Assembly (NCBI GenBank): GCA_965649825.1
Contig: OZ287697.1
Location: 2,218,351 to 2,282,350 of the forward strand
Source: Penicillus capitatus
Taxonomy: Eukaryota > Plantae > Chlorophyta
Direction: 5' to 3'
DNA: 64,000 bases
Made by a program: the position numbers and the translations under genes. Below are positions 1 through 11,018 of this stretch, in pieces; positions within the stretch are counted from its first letter, which is position 1; the number at the start of each line of letters is the position of its first letter. Under the pieces are notes generated by a model that was not told where the DNA came from, did not search any database, and saw only the letters and a program-made list of their open reading frames with translations.

Positions 1-829
1 CCCATTCCTGGCGGCGGAGAACTACTTGGTCTGTTCATAGGCTAGGCGACTTCTTAAAGTCGAGTTCTGGTATGTCTATAGGCGATGTTTGGTTAAACGG
101 CTTAGGCTGATCAGTGTAAGATAGCTTCCAGAGAGTTCCTCAACTATAGAGATCTCACAAGAAGTCCTCGCGAACTGTTTAAAAGCCTGTTGTCTACCAT
201 GTAGCCATCCTTCTAGTATCCATGCAAAGATCTAGCTAAATAGAACATTCGTGTCTCGTCCTGCATCAGGATACCTGTTTGTTTGCAGTTGCCGAGGTGG
301 AATTTTGCGTAAGGATGCTGACGAGTATGATAATAACTTTGATGAAAGAGTATTTATAAGTGATCTTACTCTGCCAACGAGAGACGATTGGAAATGGACT
401 GTCAGTAAAACAGCTCTTCCTGTGAGTAGCACCGCTGTAAGAAGAAGTCGCACAAGTTGCTTTTGGCTACCGGCCACGTCTGCATTCCGTTCAGAATTCA
501 GCTGCCGTTATGTCGAGAGTTCGGAAGATCTTAGTCACTCGCGACATGAAGATATTCTGTGACTCGCAGGGCAACCATCGATGTAAACTGTGTTCCTTAA
601 TGAAAAGTATAGCTAATTCCGATCGGAAGTCAAGAAAACAACACAGACAATGGGTCTCACGATTTCGAAGATTCGTCTTATCGAAGGGCCCAAAAAATCT
701 CCTACACGTAATTTTCGGCTGTCAAAAGTGTCAAGTGCGGCAGGAGATTTTCTGCTTAATCATCAAGGATCTCAGCTGATGCAATGTGCTTGCACATGAC
801 TGCAGGCAGCGTGCATATCGCCGTTGGCA

Positions 830-1991
830 TCACGCTGGGAAGCTTCTTCCCAGTTCTTTGTTGATGGCCTCTCGCATCTCGGTGTAACTGTCATAGCCAG
901 TGACCGGCTTAAGCATTGTGTTCCACACTTGATCCATCATTTGGTGTGCTTCTGCCGAGAACACTTCCCTTGACTCGTTCGGTTTTCCTTTCCTGACCTT
1001 CCCGGGATTCTTGCTCTTGTCCAGACCAGCATCTCTCTTCAGTCCAGCAGCCTCGTTTCTGGCGAGCTTGAACAGGTGCGAGTCAAACTTAGAGTCGTGC
1101 TTCTTCATGAAGTCAAAACTCGCCTAAGAATCGCAGACCAAATCATTCCAGGTGCGTAATTCTATACATCCAAACCTGTCGCTCAACCAGATCAAGCAGA
1201 TCAGGGTCTCCGACACCCAAATTGGTGAAATCTGACAAAAGCTTGATGCATTTCTTGAGATCTGCTTTCAGGTCTTCGTAGTGCAGCCACAAAACATTCT
1301 CGTCCTTTCTGTGAGGATACCACCCGGCTAGAAGAAAGGCGCCCTCAGAATGGATTGACTTGCGAGAACATCCTTGCCTAAGTGTCGCATTTGATCGGCG
1401 TTGAAATCAAGGATATCTGATTTCGGGTTGTCGTATACAAAGAACCATTCGATAAACTCGTTCAGCGTAAGATCTTCTGGCTCAAAGACCCAATGCATGA
1501 AGTAGTGATAAAAGGACAGCGCGGCGTCCTTGGGGTTCCTGTCACAATGGCCTTCGGTGAGTTAGTTTATTACGTGCCGCTTTTCGAACCTGGTCACCAC
1601 GACGCATTTCTCGGCAGATGGACAGTGCTCTGCCGCTGCATGCGTCTTGTAAATGCGCGGTTCGAATGAACGTGCGTTACAGTCGCCGGCACCACCCAAT
1701 GCGGAAAATTCCAGGAAAGGAATCGCTTCATTAATATCGTCGTAGTCCATACTGCCACCCGTCCGCAGTCCATGGAGAATCTGGCAGCTATGCGTCGATT
1801 CATCTCGAGAAATCTGGCGACTCTACCTGTTGAACCCACGTTGTTCCGGATTTGGAGCCGACGGCGAGAAGAATATCTCCATCTCGGAGTTTGACATCTA
1901 GTCCTTGGCGCACTTTATCAGTAGGAACGAGTTTCTTTATCCGCGCAAAAATCTCATCGACTTTCGACGGTACGCTGAACGCCTCGTCCAT
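830..1991 (-). CDS. Cytosolic-type sulfotransferase (Sulfotransfer_1 family), multi-exon
   Basis: 5'-PSB motif DILLAVGSKSGTTWVQQ; IPFLEF and PRIYKTH; RNPKDAALSFYHY (3'-PB); WLHYEDLKAD; C-terminal KVRKG. Exons are spread over ORFs 1800-2135, 1562-1750 and 830-1108. Start inferred at MDEAFSV (1991). Confidence 0.85.
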
Positions 1992-2344
1992 CTTTTTTGC
2001 GAAGAATAAAGATGATGATGATAGATTGTCTTTGACGCAGTGTCCTGTTTGTACGAGTCGCAACCGCAGCACGCTCTCCGTCAGTCGTTTTCTTTTCTCT
2101 CGATGACTGATGCTCGCACATCTGATCGATATCACTAGATGCCTGCCTCATCGTTGCGTATGCGATTGACCCCAGATAGAAGAAGCCTCTGAACAATCTC
2201 CGTTATTCAGAAGAGCCTTCCTATGGTAGATACCGCATGAATCTATTTTAGTTTGTAGACAGACGTCCGCATCCGTTGCATTTAAAATGGTGCTGTTCGA
2301 TTAGCATAAATGCTTGCATCGACTCCGCTGCGCTTCTTCTCCAG

Positions 2345-3890
2345 ATGGCCCTTCTGGACGCAGACAACTCGACGGAAGCGAGCGTCCTGTGGCGTGGGCA
2401 CTACGGATCACGCGCACCATCTCACTGTAACCACCCTTTGCTGACAGCGCTTGTTTTCCAGGGTCTAACGCAGAAACAGGGGGGAACACGTTTCGATGTC
2501 TACGCCATCAGCGATCTGCACACGGATCATAAGGAGAATTTAAACTGGATTCGGTGTTTGTCGACTGAACACTACCGAAATGACGCATTGATAGTGGCAG
2601 GAGACATCTCTGACTGTCCGAACAGACTAAGGTCTTTGAACACTATGCCGACAACTGGGCAACTAACTCTGTTGACTTAGCAGAACCACGTTCGAGCTGC
2701 TGTTGGAGAGATTTCAGAAAGTGGCCTTCGTTCCCGGCAATCATGAACTATGGGTGGGCGCCTATCTCTATCGACCCTTCCCCTCCACCTTTCGATTTCA
2801 TTCTTCAGGTCTTCGACCATCACGCTCATCCCCAGGGAACGGATTCGGCCAAGAAGCTAGATCTGGTGTTGGATCTCTGTAGAGATCTGGGTGTTATCGT
2901 GGAGCCTACGAGAATCGGAGATCTGTGGTTTGTTCCAGTGCTTTCCTGGCATCATCAGGTGTGTTAGGCAAATGGTCGACCATCTCCTCCACTCTGCATG
3001 TTTGCATCTCTCTCAGAGCTTTGATGTCGAGCCAGACGCCCCAGATACGAAACAGGATTTTCAAGACTCTGTGTCGGACTATCGATACTGCAAATGGTTT
3101 AGTCTTGGGGCTGAGGAGCAGAAGGTGGGCAGTGATGCTCTGGCTTGGTACTTTGATCAGCTGAATGCCGCGATGGATGACATTGATTCCGAAGTCTGCG
3201 ATGTCATCTCCTTCTCGCACTTTGCCCCAACTCATGAACTCATCCCTGAGAAACGATACCTCAAAGTGCCATTTCTGGTGAGAATGCATATAGCAAGGGT
3301 CGTCGGAAAGAAATATACCTATGAGGCCGTAGGCCAAAATTGCGGGATCTGTATTCTTGCGCGAACGGCTGAAGACCCTCAGGCCTCACATCCACGTTTT
3401 CGGCCACACCCACATTGCTTGGGATGCCACACTCGACGGTGCGCAGTGCCAATGCTTCGGCAATGATGACATTCTGTGTGCAGATGTGCGTTATGTACAG
3501 TGTCCTTTGGCGAATCCGCGAGAGAGGAGGTCACGTCCGTCGAGCTTAGCTGTTGCCTCAACACCTTCAGATCCAAGAATACATACACATTGTTGGCCAG
3601 CATCATGGAACCAACAACTGGCGAATTGGCTTCCTGCTAAGATCTACACTTACTCTTCTGACATCTCGATGCTCAAACCAATGCAAAAAGAAGAGGTCAC
3701 ACCAAAGCAGCAAGAACAAAGAAGCGATACTCACCCAGTGTTGCAGAACCCAGCCAGAAGCGCTGATGGTCCAGGAGTGATGGAGACAGCATGGGATCGC
3801 AGAGAACAACGAACTTTGCACGCTGGAGTAATGCATCCGTGTTACACAAAATGGAGCGAGTACTACAAGAGAACGAAACGCCGCGTTTAA
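2345..3890 (+). CDS. Calcineurin-like metallophosphoesterase (plant/algal family), multi-exon
   Basis: All five metallophosphoesterase motifs appear in order across exons: ISDLH, VAGDISD, FVPGNHELW, SFSHFAP, VFGHTH, followed by RYVQCPL. Confidence 0.82.
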
Positions 3891-4456
3891 CGTGGGCTTG
3901 ACAGTGGCCTGTCAAACATGAAGAGACCTCGTCAAGCAACCGCGCCTCGACGCTCAAGTTCCACAGTCGGAGTTGACCGTCGCGTCACGCGCTCGAAAGT
4001 GTGACTGTTCGGATTGGAAGCAACAGGGACCAGTGTCTACGGATCCTGCGGATCCTGCGCGGCAAGTAGAGGTGATTGCGTGGCCGCTGTCTTTTCAGCG
4101 ACGTGACCTGCCTTACTGACGCATCCAGTCACAGAAATAGGGGGTCCACTTGTTGTAGTGGACCTTGAGCGTCTCATGGCATCATGGGGACAAGTAAGGG
4201 GTCTCGGTGGTAAGAGGGCCCTTCGAGGACGACCGTTTTCCACGCCTCCGTCTGTCTGCACGTAGAAACGACCCTTCGACGTTTTTCGCCGAGATCTTCT
4301 TTGTTTTCACCGTCGTGTACATAATGGACGCTTGCGTGGCACCAGCTGTTACGATCGTGCTACCTTCCGTCAAGAATGACAGTGGGTTTTACGGCGCTTT
4401 CGCATAGCTGCTTGCCGTAGTCGTAATTTCGCGCTGATTTCCTCGTCGTAGGCATC

Positions 4457-6135
4457 ATGTTTCGCATGCGACGCTCAAAGTCACGCACGTCGCTGCTCGC
4501 GGACCTCATTGTCTGTACTTCTGTCATCTCATGTTTGGCACAAACGCGTGGGTTTAGGCGCCCGATGATGTCTCCGAAAACACCGCGAACACCGCCGACA
4601 ACGACGATTTCCCAGGTATACCTGTAAGAATGGACTTAACCAATGACTGTGCTCTAGGCATCATCATGCCGCTAAACTGGAAAGAGGACGACCCAAAGAC
4701 CAGGCTACAGGAGTTGTTAGGCGATTTCTTTATTGATGCGGAGGACCTGGAAATGAAAGAGCTTCTAGGCGAAGGTCGACCATTGGAAGAGCCTTCACTG
4801 ATGGGAAGAAGGAATTCTGTCTAGGAGGATTTGCTGTGGTGCATCGGTGCCTTTACTACGATCCGACCAAGAACGAACGGATCTCTGTGGCCATGAAGGA
4901 ACTGAAACCAGATTTAATCCGAAGTGTTGAAGACTTGAGGGAATTTGTCATGGAAGCTAGTATCCAGAGAAAACTACAACATAGGTGTGACATCCCTCTC
5001 TTTCAAGCCGGCCTCTATGTGTGACGTTTCCAGCAATATTGTGAAGATTCTGGGGATTGGTGCACGAGACTATAGCTCGATGGATTCCGTGCGTCGATCC
5101 ATGTTCATTCTTCAGGAGTATGTTCCGGGGAAGAGCCTGAAGGACATGGTCATACGACAGATGTGCAAGCGCAGTGCACAAGTCTATAGTATGAAGTGTG
5201 CTGTTGGCTGGCTTCTGGATATTGCATGTGCACTGCATTACCTTCATGAAGTGTGTCGTCCCATGATCGTCCATCGAGACTTGAAGCTCGACAACATCCT
5301 ACTCAGTCACCATGGAAAGTCAGCGAAGCTCTGCGACTTTGGTCTGCACAAACGCATTCGAACACAAGGAATCTCTCCAGTCGATGTCGACATGCCGGAT
5401 GAATCTTACTACGGAGGCATGCTCTATCAGTCTCTTATGGAACGGGTGCAAGAGGAAACATCGTCATCGCAAGGTATGTCTATCTCAGTACGACGCATTT
5501 GGATGGATCTCATGAGTGGATGGGTGGTGTTCATAGACTCCGGTGATCAGAATTTGTCAGACAAAGAAGCAGGCATTCTTCGTGATCTCACTCTGTCGAC
5601 GCAGTTGAGTCTGGGCACAGATGTCTTACGTATCTCTCAGTCGCTCAAAGGAATGTCATCCATCGATCAGGATGACGTCGCGGAAATGATGGCGTATTCT
5701 GAGCGACCAGCTCGTGACAAGACGGTTGGCTTCACGGGCAAAGTCGGATCGATTGTTTATATGGCACCAGAAGTGTTCCTCAATAAACCCTACAACGAAA
5801 AGGTGGACGTCTTCAGCTTCGCAGTCATGATGTACGAGATACTCACACAAACAAACATTATGGTGAAGTATGGATTGATGGGCGAGCGTGGCGCGTTGAG
5901 TGGATATGCAGAGAAGGTTGCCAGTGGCTTTCGAGAAGAGATCCCTCGTCATTGGCCACAGTACGTCAAGATGCTGATCTCGGAATGTTGGGATGAAAAT
6001 CCTCGAAACCGACCGACGTTCAAAGACATCATTCATCGTCTGACATTCATTCGCAATTCTGGAATCGCGGAGAAGATGGAAAGACCATTAATCAGCATGA
6101 ATTTCAGTGTATGCAGTTGCTGTTGCATTCAGTAA
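4457..6135 (+). CDS. Tyrosine-kinase-like (TKL/Raf-like) Ser/Thr protein kinase
   Basis: LGEGGFAVV (spliced glycine loop), VAMKEL, HRDLKLDNILL, CDFG, GSIVYMAPE, KVDVFSFA, CWDENPRNRPTF. 5' exons spliced by eye from ATG 4457. Confidence 0.9.
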
Positions 6136-7166
6136 TAGCGTGCACAACGACGCTGATGTGGTTCGTGATATCTCGATCTGGGCATAAGGAAACGAATCCT
6201 GTGTAAACCGTGTACTGACAGTTCGGACCATCAGCTCAACAATCACTATCCTTTGTCTCGCCTATGTTTATTACATAAAGCGTGGTTTTGAGAGACGTGG
6301 GTAACGTGGAACATTACAGTACATCGGTTTTGGGTGGCAATCTGTTTTTTCGTCCTTGTTTTGTCTTCGTCCAAAACGGCTCGTTATGTCTGAAAGAGAC
6401 AGGATCGATATGTGGTGTAGTGTCATTTGATCATCATCTATCGACCGACTGATCGATCGATCGCTGTCTCTATTTCATTTCTACGCCAAGCAACATTCTT
6501 TCGATGAAGGGAGGCAGGCGTGTTACGACTAGACTCCATTTGTCATGCATAGATAGCAGTTGCGTCACAGTGTCGAGAACCTAAGCATAATAAGGCTGTT
6601 CTTGACCATTTGTAACGCTCCTGTGTGTCATGGTGAGTAAGTAGTATTGGTACTCATCTTCGTTCCTTCTATAACAGAGACCATTCTCTCTGGCCGTTTC
6701 GTCAGTATTACATAACAAAAAGGTGATGGCGACGGGTAAAGACGTTGAGTTTATCAGATCTCGCTCTGCTCGAGATATCTGAATAGTAGTGAGTCGTGCA
6801 CATGTGTAAGCCGCAGAACAAAGAGTTAGATGTCCCAATGCATCACGCAGGGGTGGCGGGTCTGTCCTAGAGAATAACAGATGATGGTCACACATCCATT
6901 CGACGACATCGAGAGAACAAGATGCCATCTTTGCATCCGGATTGCATCGCCAAGTGTCGACAGACGTTTAACAGCTGTATCGCTTCGAATCCCGAAGAGG
7001 GTGCCCAAATCAGTTTACACGGTGCAACATAACATCTCCACAGATCGCTTTTGGCCATTTCTATCGCACTGTCGAAGGCATCCTCGACCCATCTAAAGAA
7101 GAATTGATCTCCAAGAATGCTAAGGGCCGGGTTCGACGTCAGAAACTCAACGAAATAGTGTTGGGA

Positions 7167-8723
7167 TCATTTCAGTAGATGCCCCACAGCATCCAAGGGA
7201 TCGACAAGTGTGTCAAGGGATGTCATTGTCTGTTTGTGTTTCTCAATCTCTGTCATCCATTTCTGACAGATGTGTGCTGCATACTGCGCAATGTCTGGCG
7301 TCGGATAGTAACGAAGAGAAGAGAGGATCTTAGCAATGCCTGTCTTCTGAATAAGATCAACAGAGACGAACATTGTCCCGATCTCCCGAAGGGCTTCGAG
7401 GCACAGGCCATAGAAATTTCTTTTCAGATACAGGAATCCTGTCTCTGAGTTAGAGATCTTCTCATTCGCCTCTGTCTCCTGTGCAAACCCATACCCATTC
7501 TGCACGCCCTCTATGAAGGCGGATGGGAAATCGAACATGTGTAGTATGTGAGAAAACGATGCCCTGTTCCCACTGACGTTTCATCTCCTGAATAATCTTT
7601 ACCCAATGAAGGGTCGAATCCACTTCGCATTCCGTTCCCTTGGAGAAACAGAAGTTGATGGCTTCGAGCATCAGCTTCTCTTTAGCACGTGCCGTCTCTT
7701 GTGCCTTCACGAGCTCGGGATGTACCACGGGCATCTTGGACCGAATCGGGGATCTGAAAGATACGATTCCTTTCTTGGACCTACTGATGATAATCGCTCA
7801 AAGCAAAAATTAAAGAAATCGGGCACACGAAAAGAAAAGAGAGACGCATCTATCCCCGCGCAAGCGATCGTACTTTCGAGAGGGTGATCCGACGGAACCC
7901 ACATCCAACACCACAGGTCGTCTCTTTGGCCGAGAACGCCGTTGTCTCTCCCGTTGTTTCTCTCGCGACAATCCATCCTCATGCACAATCCAATTCTCCA
8001 ACCAATGATACACGCCTGCTTTGTTCTTGCACTCTAGGGGAGACACCGAAGAGAAAGGCTCCACCTACACCATCCTTCCTCAATCTCACACTTTTGCCAA
8101 AAGAATGAGTGATCTGCACAGAGCGATAGACATAGTGGCCATCTCTGGCATGGTTCTCCTCGCCGATGACGGCGCGATGCTGGACGCCATGATTGTCCGT
8201 GAGATACCATTCGGTACATCGTCTGCCGTCCGGAAAGGTGGAATACCGTTGACTGTCATACACAGACACAACCATCGCATCATTTGCGCACATGTATCAT
8301 GACAGCTGCGATTCCTACTCTTCACCCACAAAGTAGACACCCTCTGGATGTTCAGTTGTCTTGAGTAGCATGCGTTCTGGACCTGCCGCCGTCTTACGAA
8401 ACTGCACCGAAGATTCGTGAATAATCTTCTCAAGCCTATCTCATGATGCTATCCATCTATGAAAGCGCATGTGTTTGCTGCGCGCACCACATGATGACAT
8501 CTTTGCGCGAATGCGAATCTAAGATGCCATATTGGTTGAAGCCACGCGAATTCTTGTAGCAGTAATGGGCGTCTCCCTGGTCCTCAGCGGTGGCAGCCAG
8601 CACCGACTCGCCGCTCGCCGTTTGGAGATAGAACTTTAAGAAAAAACGTTCCCCGGCGTGTTTTGAGGGAACTTTCTTCTCCGTAAACGATACGTATTCG
8701 GTGTCGTAAACGGGGGAAGTCAT
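7167..8723 (-). CDS. Putative chromatin/transcription protein: two tandem N-terminal 'LA-x(5)-GD(A/G)HY' modules plus TFIIS N-terminal (LW)-like domain; may extend to about 6581
   Basis: Module 1 FYLQTASGESVLAATAEDQGDAHYCY; module 2 WYLTDNHGVQHRAVIGEENHARDGHYVY; TFIIS-N-like LEALREIGTMFVSVDLIQKTGIAKILSSLRYYPTPDIAQYAAHICQKW. That these exons form a single gene is inferred. Confidence 0.55.
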
Positions 8724-8798
8724 CGTGCATAATGATCTGCAAGACAAACATCAAAACGCATTGGACTCTGCGCGAACGGACCTGCTGCTGCTCTACGA

Positions 8799-9423
<625 letters not shown>

Positions 9424-9505
9424 AGCATGCAAAAACAACCCGCGTGTTCCAAACCTGAATGAACTTACGAAAGAAAAAGCAAAATCATCTCCCCCCTTAA
9501 ATCTT

Positions 9506-10776
9506 TCAATAACAAACAGTCGTCTCGACAGGATCAGTGATATAGGATTTGACAGCATCGATGATGGCAGTGTAGTCCCCGCTGATGGCAGCGTTATGAT
9601 TTGGAGTGGTATCTTCCGTGTCGATTATGCTTTGTCCCTTTTCATCCACGTTCTCGCCATTCACCGTAATTGTTCCCGTCTCCCAAACGAAGAGATCGGG
9701 ATGGATCAATGAGAGGATGGCAATGGCATCGTGCGGAGGGGCACCGCCTATCGGTGGTTCTACCGTGTGGTAGTAAGCTTGATAGAAGTCGTAGATATCT
9801 GTGAGCACTTTCGCCGCATCATTGGCTGTGCTCATTTCATCCAGATCCTCGTCCGTAAAGGGACTCTTGTTCGTCACATCCAATCCCACTGCCTTGATGT
9901 TCTTTCCGTTACTGAAGACTTTCGATGCAGCGACATAGTCTCCTATGAAATTGGCTTCGGCAAAGGGAGACACATTGCCATCGACATAAAAGGCTCCTCC
10001 CATAACTGCCAAGTATTTCTAAAGCATCTATCTCAGTTTGCTTCGTTTTAACCTGGGGTCACATCAGCATTACCCATTTCGATGGAAGGTCTGCATCTAG
10101 GTCGATCGCATCGGCGAGATTTCGCAGCGGTCCGACAAAGGCCAGATAAACCTCGCCTGGATATTTGTTGCAGGCCTCGACAATGAACTCGGCCGCCGTC
10201 TGGTTTTCAACCGTCCTCTGCCGAATGACGATTTCACGTCAGATCTAAGGAGACAAGGGATTCGCACCGTCGCTGGTGGAAGTTCAACGTCGCCGATTCC
10301 GTTTTCGCCGTGGATCCAGTCGGGCACGTCAAGTTTCGTCGGACTGCTTGTAACCCCAATGCCGCGATAGACCGGAATCTGCGCCGACGCGTTCATTATT
10401 TGCGTTTTAGAGAGTGCCGAAAACCTCGCCGTGGCCATAAGCCTGCAGCAGATCGAGCGCATTGCGCGTGGTGTCATCGATGCGCGCGTTGCCAAATGTG
10501 GTCGTGACGCCGAGGATCTCAAACGCTCCCATTCCAAGAGTCATAAGCAGCGCGGCGGAGTCATCTAAGTGAGCCGACTTTGCCTATCAGTGGCGCAGAT
10601 GCCGATATACCGCAGCCAACGTCGGCGTCGATGATGAGATAGGGTAACTGCTTCTTCTTTTTTCCTTTGGAACATTTGCTGTCTTCAGGGTCGTCGCTTG
10701 GAAGGCTGCGACTTCCTAAGGCGCTTTGAGCGCAGAGAAAAAGAAAAATGGCGAAAAGCACAAGGAAGCCGCGCAT
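9506..10776 (-). CDS. Secreted inosine/uridine-preferring nucleoside hydrolase
   Basis: Spliced IIDADVGCDD (DxDxxxDD motif), GVTTTFGN, IHGENGIGD, MGGA...GNVSPFAEANF, PPHDAIAIL. N-terminus MRGFLVLFAIFLFLCAQSALG looks like a signal peptide. Confidence 0.9.
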
Positions 10777-11018
10777 GACGCTCGAAGAATGACTTTGTCG
10801 CGGACGGTATCCAAAGATTAGAGAGTCACCAAATGCAAATGACGGCGGGTGGGGAAGTTCACGCCGTAAGTAAGATAGATTTGAGGCGCTGTAATGCGCG
10901 GATCGAGATCTCATGCTGACGTGAAACATCGATCAACACCATCCATTCATCTTCTGTCTGACCATAAATGCTACCAAGCATTCTGCCTCGATAAAAACGA
11001 GGAACAGAGATGCCTATC

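Noticed and set aside
4037-4210. In-frame TGA codons on the minus strand as possible selenocysteine
   Set aside because: No redox motif in a recognisable selenoprotein fold and no SECIS identifiable by eye.
6446-6464. (GATC)3 micro-repeat, plus a 9-bp duplication at about 4041-4059 and the KPKPKP-coding repeat at about 60908-60927
   Set aside because: Too short to be distinguishable from chance or from ordinary low-complexity coding sequence.
6581-6928. Stand-alone 115-aa ORF
   Set aside because: No recognisable motif. It is more likely a 3' exon of the TFIIS-N gene or non-coding, so it is not called as a separate gene.
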